Positions 24,853 through 40,009 of a stretch of DNA of 64,000 bases are shown here, piece after piece (position 1 is the stretch's first letter; each line of letters opens with the position of its first letter). Under the pieces are notes generated by a model that was not told the origin of the DNA, searched no databases, and saw only the letters and a program-made list of their open reading frames with translations. Origin of the DNA: Carcharhinus longimanus (taxonomy: Eukaryota); assembly GCA_030264375.1 (NCBI GenBank), contig JASCQW010000072.1:54618822-54682821 (forward strand). The letters are read 5' to 3'. The translations under genes were made by a program, and so were the position numbers.

Positions 24853-27347
24853 CCCAAATTGAGGTGCTTCTAAGTAAACACCCTAGGTGCCTATAAAACA
24901 ATGGCATCCTTTATTGCTCAAGAGAGGGGCCTAATAAACCGAAGATTTTCTAGAAAGCTATGAACAATGCAATCTGAGAATCAAGCAAGGATATAAGATA
25001 GTACTACCAATATGTAACTTCTGTTATTATGTCATTGTTTTGAAATTAAAATCAGTATATATTTTGCATTCAAATTTTCTTTTCCACCTTTGAAATTGCA
25101 ACTCACTGCAATATTGTCACTTTCCAGTACTTCACCTGAGGGACAAATCTTTGTGGGGGGATCTTACATTTACACCTTACACCTATTTCATTTTCCAGTT
25201 GGAATTGTTGGACAACAATCAGGAGCAATAGCTAAGGCTGATTTTTATTCCTCTCTTAAGAGTAGTAAAGTCAATATTATTTCTCAATTCATACTTGAAC
25301 CAAGATCATCTGTCTGAGTTGATAAAAAAAAACACGTCCACCTTTGAATTTCTCGAGTTCAATATAGTTGATTATTCCCTTTAAGTGGCCCCCAGTAGAT
25401 TATGTTCAGGTGCATGTACTGTCCAATATGTAATATCATAATGTAACCCAGGGTGTAAACTTAAGGTTCCCTTGTGATATGTATTGGATATTGTGTCTTT
25501 TTAAAGGTTCTGGTGACCAGTAATCAGATTTTAATTGTTAAGAAATTCTATTTTACAATTAGCAATTGCTCTAATCAAGTCTCACTTAGTTTGCTTAACT
25601 TTACTTCCCTCCATGAGTATAAGATGTACCATACACCTATCTGACTATGTCTTCCCCAGTTAACCTTCTAATTCCACACAGCTTTGTATTTAAGATGAGT
25701 GAAATATCCCGTTCTAGGCTAGCTACCTTCTCCAAACTTAACTCAATGGGCTAGCCTACACAGTTGTTTCTTTGCCCTCTTTTTTCTGTATTTTTGTAAA
25801 GACTTCTGTTGCTTCCGACTCCTATCCCATCCCTCACTCCTCCCACCTCCTCTTCCCAACCAGCAATTAAATTCTAACCCTTTCAGGGAGTTTCCAATAG
25901 GTTTGTCAACAAATCTGACTTACCTCCTAAGTAGATATTGTCAAAAGATACACTATACACATACCATGCTCCAATCAATAAATCATCCTAATTAACAATA
26001 GATTTTGCATGTTTATTATAGATTTCAACTGACTCCCGTTATCTGAAACATGGAGACCAATTTTGAGGTTCCAACTGTCAATGTAACTAAGATTAGTTGA
26101 CTCAGAATGATAAAGGAATAGGACTAGACCGCTTAAGTTTGCTGCACCATTCAGTTAGGTTAGGGTTCATCTGCATTTCAACTCATTTCCCTATCTTCGT
26201 TCCATATCTCTCGATATTGTCATGTCACAAAGAAAGCTGTCGATCTCATCTTACAAATTTCAGTTGATCCCACTGATTTGACTGTCTTTTCGGGCAGACA
26301 GTTTCAGATTTCCATTATCTTTTGCAACAGAAAGTGCTTTCTGATTTCATTCCTGAAAGGCCCAGTTATAATTTTAAGATTATTCTCCATTATTCTGGAC
26401 TGACTCACCAGAGGAACTGGCTTCTAAAATCTTAATTTGATGACTCCTTGACCTCTTAAACTTAGGGAAATACAAGCTTAGTTTATGCTTATCCTCACAA
26501 TTTAACCCTCCAAGACCAGTATCATTCCAATGAATCTGTGATTTATCTGCTCTGAGTCCAGATTGATTCACATGGCTCGCTGCTCATTCACCAGGTGAAA
26601 CTTTACTTTTCAGCAGAGAATCAAACACTTCAAAAAACATATACATTCTTTGAGTACTGACATAGGGGGAAAATACCATATTCTACCATATCAGAAAGGA
26701 ATGAGGAATAAATGCTTGAGATGCATTTTGAATTTTAAGACGCTTGGCTCTCGAGCTGAAGTGGACTATTTCCATTCACAAACTTAAAATGGAGAAAAAA
26801 AACCTCTTAAGGTTTTCTGTTTTGTTTCAATAGAAAAGGAATAAGTAAGAATACATGAATCAGAGCATAAGAAATACGGACTCCTTTTTGAAAATTGAGA
26901 TTTTTTATCTACAGGCTGAAATATCCTTGGGAGTAGTAACGGTACTCAAGAGTTAAACTAGTGCTATTTTTCACTTCAAAATTGCAAACAGATTTCAGCT
27001 GTTGCTATGTTCCTCATCTGATTGAACACAGTTCCTTTTAACCACACCCAGATCCTTTATCAATTTTTTAAAGAAGTGTTTAATTTCATTTTTTTGTTTG
27101 TTATTTCCCCTCCTGCTCACTTCTAAAACTGTGTTACAGTAATCACAGGTGGAAGAATGTCCTGTTATTCTACCCTGGTGACCATTTTTGAGCACGGCCC
27201 ATCCCAAACTTCTCATGCATAAGCACACACATACACACGCATATACAAATGCAACTGCATCTATATGCAGGCAGATATGCACAGACAGAAACACATATGT
27301 GGACAGATATGCATACATAGGTCTGCAGAGACATGCTCACACACAAG

Positions 27348-27694
27348 GGGTGGGAATTTCCACTTGTTCTGCAGTGTATATTGCAGTGGAGAGACTTTCT
27401 GGTTCTGCCATTGTCAACTGGATTTCCCATTGTTTGCACCCTCCAGCGCCAGGAACTTGCGGCAGAGGGTCGCCATCCTGCCAGCAAGAATGGTCAGAGG
27501 ATCCTGCTGGAAGGTGTCAGCAGAGGAATACCCAATCGCAATCAGGAGCAGGAACATTTTGCTGATTCTCCACCCCCAGCCCAACAAATTTAAGCTCCCT
27601 CTCCCTTTACTAATATTAGATAACTCAGCACAGAGCACACCTAGGTGCACAGGATTTTATGGCCTTGCTCGAGCAAGACTGGAAATTCCCACCT
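27348..27694. mobile_element. MITE-like element
   Basis: Terminal inverted repeat GGTGGGAATTTCCA ... TGGAAATTCCCACC. Confidence 0.5.
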
Positions 27695-29959
27695 GAGGTC
27701 AACGGACATTTCCGTTGTCCACCTCTTGTCGCTGATTCTGTGGTAGGCAGGGTGGTAAAATTCCAGTGCCGGTATCATTCCAGGGCCCTTCTGATTTTCA
27801 AATTCAAGCCGTCTATTTAGAGGAGGTGGGAGGGAAGCTAACATGCTATGCCTCAGATATGTGTCACTGGAAACAAACCTGCAGCCTTCTCACTGGAGTC
27901 TGCTGCTGCCTGAAATAAACAAGGGGATTGAGCTCTCCCACAGAGCAGAGGGTGACTGAGTCATAGAGTCATAGACTAGTTCTACTTCAGCCTTACTCAA
28001 ATAGAACTTTGCCTCAGAGGAGACACCTAGTGGGGAAATGTGATGAGACAATGAGAACTTAAAAATAGGAGCAGTTACCAGATTTGTCAACACAGACCCT
28101 GACAGCCTGTCCAGCTGTATGATTTAAGTTTAATTCTTGAACTTATCCTTAAAGCTGCTTTTGTTTTAGGGGAAGGGTAGTTCCAAAGAAGACAGAAGTC
28201 GTAATTTCTGAGGGCAACTGAGTTTTTGTTTTCTGAGTTATATCATGACGATTAATGTTATAAAGAATTTTTGCCAACACAGATGCAGCAGTGCCTCTTT
28301 AAGACTGAAACCCCAGTGTGAGCTGTTTTAACATATGGAGTTCCTGTTTACCCAACAGTTAAGTGTTTATTCATCAAAGTGAGAGCTAAGTGACTGGTTT
28401 CCAACTGGCCTGTGAATGACCTTGGCAATTCACTATCGCACATGTTTAGCTTTCAGTTCAAACGTTGTAGTTTTTACAAGAAAGGTCACATTTTGGTTGT
28501 TGGGATAGTTAAATGTGAATTATAAATTCAGGTGAATAAAATGAATGGCAGATTAAATTCTTGCCTTTTTTTGTCTCTTTAAGATACTGTGTCATGCTGA
28601 GTTAACATTTATACTGCTTCTAGCTGTCTTCCAGTCAAATTGTATTCTGGTCTCCCCAGCTTTGACATTGTGTTGCAGGCTATTCAACCATGGAAGGAAT
28701 CCTAGTTTAATGCCAACACTTCCCAACATATTTGACTAGACATTGATTTCCTATTTAATTCCTTTTTCATCATTCCATGGCAAAGTGATACAGAAGTCAA
28801 CTATAAATCCCAATTCAGCACATACTTGAAATCAGACTTGGGCCATTCAGTTCTTCACCAGGCAGAACTACTCCACTGAGGAACCATTTTTAGAATACTG
28901 CTTTAGAGCTGATTACAATCACAGGAGTATGAATTCATTCACTTCTCTCAGATGTAGTGGTCTAGGTATTTTATGTAAAACATTTGTTTTCAGAATCATT
29001 AGCCTAAATGCAAGCAATTTAATTCTCAGATTAAACTGGGATTTTAAGTTAAATCTGTATCCCATTCTTGACCTTGGGCAGTGATACTCAGAGACACCAT
29101 TGATTTCTTTCACCCTATTTCCACCTATTAATTCAACCAGGGGCCACATGCAGCCCATCTGGATTCTGAGTGTTTCCCATGAGAGATTTTATTGACCATT
29201 GCCCATGTGCAGAGTTGCCACATTCTTCTGATTTCCGTCCACAAAGTTTTTTCCTACTAGTAAAGTAAGGACAAGTGAAGTGAGGTGCATGCTGATTGCA
29301 CACAACATTGACTGTGAGAGCCGTACGTTCCCTCTGCGTTCAAGTGTACATATTTATTTTGTTTTTACCATTTGAAGTTGATGGCAATTCTATTAATATA
29401 TGAATGATTAAGCAATTTTGACAACTCATTATGAAATAGTGTGCATTAAATGTATTTAATCTTATTCATAAGGTCATGGTTGATGAATAAGCCTGATTTC
29501 AATCTTGTGGCCATTGAGAAGAAGGAGGGCCACTCATATGGCCCACTCACTAGCCTCAGTTGCCTATCATTGCTTTAATCTGACCATCAGCACAGAGCTG
29601 ATCTATTTCAATGTTTATCTGTCAGGTCTGATCTCTGATCATTTAATATCAATCTGATTGACTGGACTCTCTGAGCTGGTTTACCTAGTTTGGATCATTT
29701 TGCGTCTATCTCCCTCTGTAAAGCTGGTTCTGAACAATCAGTATAAACATATTCAGTTGTAGACTGTCTGTAGTTTTGGCCCTTCAGTCTCTGATTGTCC
29801 AGTTGTGGTTTTTGTTGACTTGGTCTGGATCACTATCTCTTTGCCCACTTGTGATTGTGTAGAACTGATTCAGAACACTCAGACCTGATGTCACATGTAA
29901 AAACACTCAAAATAACTAAAAGCTAGTGCATAAGTACAAAGAGTATTCCGAAAGCTCAC

Positions 29960-30760
29960 AGAATATTGGTCTTTATCTCGAGGTTTGGAAATTAAAAGTA
30001 AGGAAGTGATGTTTCAGTGATACCCAGCTCTGTTTAGATCCCATTTGGATTACTACATTCAGTTTTGGCCATTAAACATCAGACAAAATGATGGATTTGA
30101 AAGGGATACAATGTAGATTCACCAAAATGATAACAGGATTTAAAAGGTTAAGTTTTGAGAAAACAGACTGCATAAACATTGTTTGTATTCCTTTGACTGA
30201 AGGCTAATCTGATCAATGTCTTTAAAAATGTTTAAGCAATTCAACAGGGTAAACACAGAGAAACTGTTTCCTAAGGTGAGGAATCCAGAATAAGAGGGGG
30301 CATTATAAAATTAGAACTAGACAGTTTTGGAGTGAAATGAGGAGTCACTTTTACATATGAGCAGTAGTGGAAACAGAAGCAAAAGACGAGATCCATCTAG
30401 TTTGTCTGTTATCATTCTATTCGTCACAATGACAGTAGAGTTGTTGACTAAGCATGGTAATTCATTTCTATTCATTGGTCTGCAACAGACCCCCAGACAA
30501 TGACATGGGGAAAAGCCCAGTGGTAGAGTTCTGGGAACTATCGGCCCATAGTAATTGATTTATTCCAAACATACTACAATATACCACAATTCAAATCAGT
30601 TATAAAAAGTGCCCCTGAATATTAGTTTTGAATTCACTCCCCAAAAGGCTATGCCTCATGGAGGTCAAATGAAATCTTCAAAACTGAGACTGATGGGATT
30701 TTTATTAGGTAAGGGTATTAAAAGATATGGAGCAAAGGCAGACAAATAGATCAGATACAG
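29960..30760 (+). mobile_element. old CR1 LINE 3' fragment (interrupted)
   Basis: Degenerate KEVM.Q.Y..L.R.HL.Y..QFW and RVNTEKLF motifs. Confidence 0.65.
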
Positions 30761-31140
30761 ATTTCACACTAATACACAGAACTTAGCATATCAGTGGCAG
30801 TGGGACGCCCAGTGCTTTGAGTCATACCAACTTCCAGAAGAGTCCTCTAATGAGGGACAGGTTGGAAAATGACTTTTCCCCTACTTGGCACCCTACAAAG
30901 ACATATTTTTCTTCAGATTCTGTAAAGGTCAATCTCCCTTACTAGAGAGAAGTGCAACTCTGATCAGTATCTCAACTCGATTTACCTACCTGCATCCCAT
31001 ATTTTTGACTCCCCTATCCAATAAAAATGTGCTGATCTCACTACTATTCCTGTAGCACCTACCCCATAATAACCAGATGTCACCCCCACTGATCCTGAAA
31101 TGTAGGGGGTTTAGACCCATTGTTATCACCTTCCCATGTT

Positions 31141-31350
31141 GAGCTGGTTTTCATCATTCTCTCTACACATACCTGATTATACTCTGTGCTAAACTGGCTA
31201 TTATTATCTTCTTCACAACTATCTGGTTATGCACTGTGCTGAGCTGGTTTAGGTCACCCGTTCTACAAATATCTGGTTGTGCACTGTGCTGAGCTGGTTT
31301 AAATTACTTGTTCTGCACATACCTGGTTGTGCACTGTGCTGAGCTGGTTG
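31141..31350. repeat. 50-bp tandem repeat (~4.2 units) overlapping the HIPK2 exon 7 donor
   Basis: Units start at 31141, 31191, 31241, 31291, 31341: GAGCTGGTTT...ACATACCTGGTTGTGCACTGTGCT. Confidence 0.92.
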
Positions 31351-31485
31351 CTGAAGGTCATCGTTAGATTGCTTGATGTGCTTGGAGCCACATGCGTGAT
31401 GAAAGGCGTTTTACTCTGGTTGACTGTGTCATACATATTGACTCTTCGCTTGCAAATCTCCATGTTCTGAAAGCAGGACTTGACA
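31323..31485 (-). CDS. HIPK2: HIPK2 coding exon (exon 7 equivalent)
   Basis: 163 bp, phase 2/0; cag|T...CAG|gtatgt; (H)[54 protein letters not shown]. Confidence 0.96.
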
Positions 31486-31852
31486 CTGGAAGAAAAGCAA
31501 AGAACAATTCATCATCGAGAAGAAGGAAGCTATGGTGATTTCACTCATCACTCATTTCACTCAACATGAAGTGAGGGCTACTTCTACAAATTTAAATTTA
31601 ATTTAAACCATTTGATTAGATTACCATAAGTTATCAAGAGTCTTCCAGAACAACCGAGATAAAATGTGCTGAGAAAATCCATAATTTGGAGGGTATGAAG
31701 TTTAAAACAATTGGAAAAAGAACCAAAGGTTGCATGAGGAAAGTCGTTTATACACATCAAATTGTTAGAATCAGGTGTGCGCTCTCTGAGTGTGGTGGAG
31801 GAAGATACAATCAAAGGAAACTGAATAATTATCTGAAGAGAAAAGATTTTTA

Positions 31853-32266
<414 letters not shown>

Positions 32267-33709
32267 TCAGCACAGGGTGGCAAATGAAGGGGCTTTGCAG
32301 TATCCATGCAAAGTTTGTGGTAAGCAAAATAGAGAGGTTAATTTTCTGTACAAGGTTTTCTGTCCTAGTGCTTTGACACTTGCTAAAGTACAGTTTTCAT
32401 GGATGATCCTAGCAGAACAACAGGTTCCTCCTTTTCATTCTCATGTCCACAGCTGGACAGTAGGTGTTGCCATATATCCACAGACTCCTATCATATAACT
32501 ATTCCCTGTAAAGATCTATTTCAACATTGTGTCGGTTACCTAACTACACATCCATCCATATTGAATACATCTATATCTTTAAATATACTATATATTGATC
32601 TATATACTTCCATTTGTTTGTATATTCGTACAGAATATATAAAACATAGTTTGTTGTGTATATATATTCAGATCTATATACTTCCATCTGTCTAAACATA
32701 CATACAGAATATATAAAACATTAGTTTATTGTATATGTATGGTCTAGGATTTTCTGTCATAAGTGAGACAAATGGTATTTACTGATATGCATTAGCCTCA
32801 CCAGAGAAAGATGAGTAATAGCACTTTAATATTGAAATGTGTTCCTTACTGCCAATTAACATTAACAATTAATTATTACCAGTGTGGTTCTAATTCCTTC
32901 GGGTATTAATTGTTGTTGGAGATTTTAAAAGTGTAAAATTTACAATCTTACTGTATTAAACTTCCTTTTGTCTCTTTTTCTCTGTTCAATTTTGCTTTTC
33001 TTTTCCTTTCTCTTTGTACCTGACTTGGCATAGAATTGATCCACTATTCTTTATTCTTCTCAGTCCTTGCATTGATAATTTCACAGTCCATCAAGCTAAT
33101 TGTTAAGGATATAAACAGTTGCTTTGTCCTTTTCACCAAAGTTCCTAATTGTCACATTCCCAGCTCACACCACCAGATGTTTGCCATGCAAAAAATTAAA
33201 ATCCTAAACAAACAAGGGATAGCAGTAAGCCACCTACATAAGGTGTTTTCTTGAACACATCATGAAAAACGTCTCACTGCAGATACTTAATTTACTACAA
33301 TGCACTCCTGCAGTAATAGTTGAAGTGAGTTAGTTGGAAATTGAAGCATCTGAGCCATGCCATCTCAGCGCAGACAAGATACAGAAATTTAAGACAGCCC
33401 TTTACAAACCCAAGTGCCAACAGTTTTTCTAACATATCTGTATTTTCAGTTTTGGAGGGAAAAAATGGGTTGCAGTTGGCAGTTATGTTCATGACACCCC
33501 CTGCTCTGGGTCACAATGGTTGCAGATTTAGTCTTTGCTGAGATCACACTAAAATTTACTTCCGTTCTTTTGGGGTTTGAGATGAGGGGGAAAAATTTAC
33601 CAGGGTTGTTCTGGAAATGTACAAGTCTGTTTGTGATTGTGAGTGGACATTTGCATGCATGTTTCTGTGCGACTGTTTTCGTATGTGAATATGTTTTTAT
33701 ATGTGGGAA

Positions 33710-33940
33710 GTGGGTCAGCTCAGTTGGCTGGACATTTGGATCGTAATGCAGAGTGACGCCAACAACGCTGATTCAATTCCCAAACTGGCTGAGGTTATTC
33801 AGGAAGGCCCCCCTTCTCAACCTTGCCCCTCACTTGAATATGGTGATCCTCAGGTTAAATCACCACCAGTCAGCTTGCCCCTCAAAAGGGGAGAGCAGCC
33901 AATGGCCATCTGGGACTACAGAAACTTTACCTTTTTACCT
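33710..33940 (+). mobile_element. tRNA-derived SINE
   Basis: A-box-like CAGCTCAGTTGG, B-box-like GATTCAATTCCC, 3' tail ACTTTACCTTTTTACC; embedded in TG-rich low-complexity DNA. Confidence 0.7.
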
Positions 33941-34354
33941 CTATACGTGACAATGTGCATTGTGTTTTATATGTTAATGTGCAACTTTGATTTTTTCTGC
34001 AAGTGTATTTGAATCCATGTGTGTCTGAGAGTGTGGCTGTTCATATGTGTGCACATGCATGAGCATGTATCTGTGTGATTGTGTGTGACTCTGTATGTTT
34101 CTATGTGTAATTATATGCACATGAATTAATCTGTGTGAGTCCCTGTGTATAAATGTGGGTGCATTTCTGGAAGTTGGGTGAGTACAGTTTAGCTGTGATG
34201 GTCCAGGTCCTTTGTATTCAAATACCTGCCAGCACTCACCACCAGGGCTCAGATGTGGAAATCATTCCCTGGTGAGGCAGCTAGTGCCAGTAAAATTGTA
34301 GTCCAACAAGGAAACCAAAAGGAAACAGTATGAACTAGCCAGGAAAGACAATCA

Positions 34355-34531
<177 letters not shown>

Positions 34532-35249
34532 TTAGTGCCTTTAGCTATAGCTGTGTTTCTGACATGAGACATTATTTCAAAAGTACAACTGATAACTGAG
34601 AGCTCTGGGCACACCCACTGACTTCTCAGCTTCTCCGCACACTTGTAAGACTGGTCTCCCTCTCTCTTGTTATTTTACAGCTGCAGCCCGTCCATTAATC
34701 TTGGACTTTCTCAATTGCAAAGAAAACTGGCAGCCACATAAGGGACTCAAGTTGTTGAATGTCAACTGTAAGTTGTCCGTTCTTGTATCAACCACTGCCC
34801 CATGTTAATTCTTGCTTCCCTAAGGATATGGGCAAGTCCTCTTTAAAAGTAACCAAAGAACTCTGAGAAATGCTAACAAATGCTTTGGTGCTAGAAGGCT
34901 CTTTTAGACACGAGGCCCAAAAGCAGTGAATGTTTGTTTAAGTGCTGGGACGCGCCAGCTGTCAAATTAAATATTATTGGGACAGCTGATTTTTATTTTC
35001 ATCCTTTCCTGTAATTCAAAAGCAGAGTAATGTATTTCCTGGCCTGGGAGGACAAGCTGTCCCTGCACAGTATCACGACAAGTGAAAGAATGAGATTTAT
35101 GCCATCAAAAAGATAGGATAGATCACAGACCCATTTAATTGCACACTGCTGCATTTGAGCGAGAGAGATTTAGCAAGGTAGTTCACATTTTTTAAATCAA
35201 AAAAACGAGTAATCAATTGACATGAGGAACAAAGATATAGATTTTCATA

Positions 35250-35650
35250 ACCACAGAATATCTCAAAGTATTTCACAGGCAATAAAGTACTTTTGAAATG
35301 TAGTCACTATTATGTTATAACGAAATGTATCAGCTAATTTATGCATGGCAAGATCCCACGAATATCAATGTGATTATGGCCAAAAAATCTGACTCAGTGA
35401 TGTTGATTGAGCAATAAATACAAGCTGGAAGACTGGACAAACTCTCCTGTATTTTATCAAGTAGAGCAGTGGGATATTTTACATCCACCTTACAGGTAAA
35501 CGTGGCCTTAACTTAACGTCTCATCTGAAAGATGTCACCTCTGACACTGCAGTGAACTCTTAAGGGTATCAGCCTAGATGTGTTCAAATTTCTGAAGTGA
35601 AACTTAAACACCTCAACATTGACTCAGAGGTGACAATGACAAAGCATCTG
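35250..35650 (-). mobile_element. Deu-domain SINE (SacSINE1-like)
   Basis: Reverse complement resembles a DeuSINE body (plus strand reads tttacatccacct...ttaacgtctcatctgaaagatgtcacctctgaca) with an L2-like tail and tRNA-like head. Confidence 0.7.
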
Positions 35651-35957
35651 CAAGTACCATCAGCCCTCCAACAATCAGCCCCTGATGTCCTCTTCTTAAC
35701 TAAATCCTTTCTGGAGTAAAACCTGGTTCCAGGATTTCAAACCCTGGCAGGTTGTTTGCCTGGATATTTGAATCATGATATAAATTTACGCCAATATCTA
35801 AGTGAAACTTGCAGACATTCTTAGCAGATTTCTGCCTTCCTGCAGTCAATTACATCACTCAGTACAGGGATAAATAGGAATGAGCAATAAATGCTGGCAC
35901 AACCGGCTATGCCTACATCCCTGAATGAATAAAAAAAAAATTGTGAGTCTACTCTCA

Positions 35958-36482
<525 letters not shown>

Positions 36483-38794
36483 TTACCCTGAGTGAGGTTT
36501 GACATGGCTACTGATACTGAGGATAAGTTTGATTACCTTGCTGGGATGATTAGGGGCATCATACCCCACAGAATCCTGTCCTTGCCCAATTTTTCCTCAC
36601 ATGTAGCTACCATCAAGGTTTTCTGGATAGTAATCAAGAGAAGGAAATCTACGCCAGTTGACTTCTCCCTACATCCTCAAGTATTTTCAATTGATTTGAT
36701 ATTGGGTAATATATTGTGATGCTCTGCGTAACTTAGAGAAGTTCTTTTTTTGATTAGTTTGCTGTTGGTATTACTCTGTTTCTCCATTTTGGTCTTTAAA
36801 ATGCAAACCATTCTACTAGACTGGAACTGGAGGCTTTAACTGCCAAGCTAATTAATTAAAAAGTAATAGACCAAGCATATAATAAGGAATACAGAAGAAT
36901 AGGAGCAGGAGTAGGCTATCCAGCCCCTCAGGCCTGAACTGTCATTTGATTAGATTTGTACTTCAACTGCACTTAGCGACTGTTGATATATTTACAGTTG
37001 TGTTCACATTGTGCAAGGTCCTCATAAGGTACGAAGTAGGAAATATTCAGAATTTCAATATTAAAATTACAACCATAATTACCTGGATTATGTAGCTGCA
37101 TTTTAGTCATTTCCTTACCGACTCTGAAATCTGCCTGATTTATCTTATTCACTTTGCAATTTCTAATTATATAATCTTGCTTTGAAGAGCCCAAATCAAA
37201 CTCAATGATTAGAAAAAGCACAAACTGATAAATACCTCCTTGGAAACGAACAATTATTTAAATAAACTATCTGTTAATTCAAAGAGTCACCAACCAGACA
37301 CACATCTGAATAAATCACATAACATTTAAAATTGAATTGAGTAGTTTGCCTCACCCTCAAGCAAACTGCCTGGCACTAATTGATCAAATCATTGCAACAA
37401 TCTATTGACTTAGGCAAGGATGTGCTTTCTGTACATGAAACTCATTTTTGTAACCCTTCTTCACCATGAAAGAATTAAGTCTTAATTTGAACTAGGCTTT
37501 CTTGTTCAACTGAGGGGCACATTTACAATGAGGCTACAAATTAGACAAACACTTGTGGTTTCTTAGTAAAGCATCAGTCCTTCTCTTACCTCAGTCAGAC
37601 CATTGTGGGTAGTGGGTATGGGCACTAAAATAATGGGAACTGCTTTCCTATGTAGGTAGAGGACAAGACAAACTAGATTAAACAGGGTAGAGAGAGAGAG
37701 AGAAACTGTTTCATTTTGTGGCAGAATCAGAGGACAGTGAGTTAAAGTGAATAGGGAAAGAACTAATGGTGATATAAGCAAAGGCTATTTTTATGTAGTG
37801 TGGGGTTAGGATCTGAAATCCCCTGTCTGAGAGTGTAGTCGAGGCAGATTCAATTGTGGCTTTCAAAAGGGAATTGTTAAGCATCTGAAGAGAAAAATAT
37901 CGTGGTTACGGGTTAAAGCTGAGGGAGTGGGTCTAGCTGAGTTGCTCTTGCAGGGAGCCAGCACAAACTCAAAAGCTGAATGACTGCTTTGTGATGCAAC
38001 CTTTCTTTAATTCTATCTAACCAGAAACAAAGCAAAAGCATTGTGCTGCAGACACTAGGAATATGAAATGAAAGCATTAGTGCTATCTTCCTCTCTCCAC
38101 TTGTGTTGTCAGATCAGTTGCATGTTTCAAATTTTTTTTATTGCAGATAAAGCTCATTGTATTCCTCCCCAACAAATGCTTCTTGCCTACACTAAGAGAA
38201 GAACCTTTTTCAAGGGCTACGTACCATTTTATATTTCCTTTCACATCCTCTGATCTCCCTGAGTGAGATTGCCAACTTAAAACCATAGAATCTAAAGCAC
38301 AGAAAGAGGCCATTCTGTTAATCATGCTTGTGCTGGCTTTTTTAAAAGAGTTTTTCAATTAGTCCCATTCCGCCAATCTTTCCCCACAACATTACACATT
38401 TTTCCTTTGCAAGTATCCTGTTAGGTCTATATTTCATTCCAAGTTAGCCCATTAAGAATTGGACAAGAATTATGTGACATGGGGCAAATTTTCCATTCTG
38501 GAGACTAAATTCAGTGGTAGTCAGGAATGTTGGTGTGATTTCTGCTGGGTGGCAGGCTTAATCTGTGCAATCTTTTGCTTTTCATCTCATTAATTATGCA
38601 TCAGTTTGGAGTTTGTTGAACCCCATGGTGGGACCCGAAGGCAATTTTTCCACCCAGCCAGTACATCATGGGATTGAAAGTCCTGATGCCTTATTTAACT
38701 GGCGCCTACATTGATAGACATGCACTGCAGGCCAGGTGTGTTATTCCATTTTGGTTCTCAATGGTGCCCAAAAGAACCAAACCCTTTATGGATC

Positions 38795-39335
38795 AGTCAT
38801 AGAGGCTTACAGCATGGAAAGAGGCGCGTTGGTCCAACTTGTCCATGCCGCCCTTTTTATAAAAAACCTCTTAGCTAATCCCAATTGCCCCATTTGGCCG
38901 ATTTCTCTCTATACTCATCATACCCATGGCATCTAAATGCTTTTTTAAAAGACAAAATTGTACCCACCTCTACTACTACCTCTGGCAGTTTGTTCCAGAG
39001 ACTCACCACCCTCTGTGTGAAAAAATTGCCCCTCTGGACACTTTTGTATGTCTTCCCTCTTACCTTAAAACTCTGCCCTCTAGTTTTAGACTCCCCTACC
39101 TTTGGGAAAAGATATTGACTATCTAGCTGATCTGTGCCCCTCATTATTTTATAGACCTCCTACACTCCTGAGAAAAAAGTCCCAGTCTATCCAGCCTCTC
39201 CTTATAACTCAATCCATAAGGTCTTGGTAGCATCCTACTAAATCTCTTCTGCACTCTTTCTAGTTTAATAATATCCTTTCTGTAATAGAGTGACCAGAAC
39301 TGTAGACAGTATTCCAAGTGTGGCCTTACTCCAGG
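38795..39335 (-). mobile_element. CR1/HER1 LINE 3' end
   Basis: VRPHLEYCLQFWSLYYRKDIIKLERVQKRFSRMLP...SYKERLDRLGLFS and RGNFFTQRVVSLWNKLP. Confidence 0.9.
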
Positions 39336-40009
39336 ATGCCTTACTTGGGATGTCTTGTTGAAGTTGTACAAGACATCGTGCAAGAAGGCCTGGTGCGCGT
39401 CCTGATGTCATCATACACTCGCCCAATGCTTCGGTCAGCGGGCATGTGTGAGAGCTGGAAGCACGCCCACCGACAATCAAGCAGGCAGTTTAGTCCATTG
39501 CAGGGCCAATTGTGCGCTATTTTAGCTTGCCCATCAGCTTTTACAGTTGGCGGGTGGGCTGATTGGCCAAGCAGTCTTTATATTTTAACTTCAACCTCAA
39601 TCCAGGGCGTGAGGATGTGAAATAAAATTCACAGTGTATCTGGGGACTGAGGTCTGTGCGTGATTGTGCTTCCCAGACGCTCGTGGCACAGTTTTAACAT
39701 CAGTGTTTTTTTCCTCGCGGGTTGGCAGCTCCCTGAGACAGCTCAGCAGTGGCTGTCCCCCTGAGGGAGCAGGTTAGAAATGCCAGCCCGCAGTCCCCCT
39801 ATTCCCGTGCCTACCCTCTGCCCACCCTCCCCGCCAGCACTCAGCCTTCTACAAGTTCCTTTCACACTGGATGGCCATCATTCATGGCTGGCCAGCCTCA
39901 GATTGCGCTGTGGGGACAACAGTGGCTGGAGCGCGTTTCTGGACCTGCCGTGTGCACGCACCCAACAAATGCAAATTTCAGACCATAAGATTCGAGATGG
40001 TGACTTCAG

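Noticed and set aside
32570-32745. AT-rich ~75-bp imperfect duplication
   Set aside because: Low-complexity slippage product with no evident function.
33710-33790. tRNA gene
   Set aside because: A/B-box-like motifs run into a SINE body and tail; there is no complete cloverleaf.
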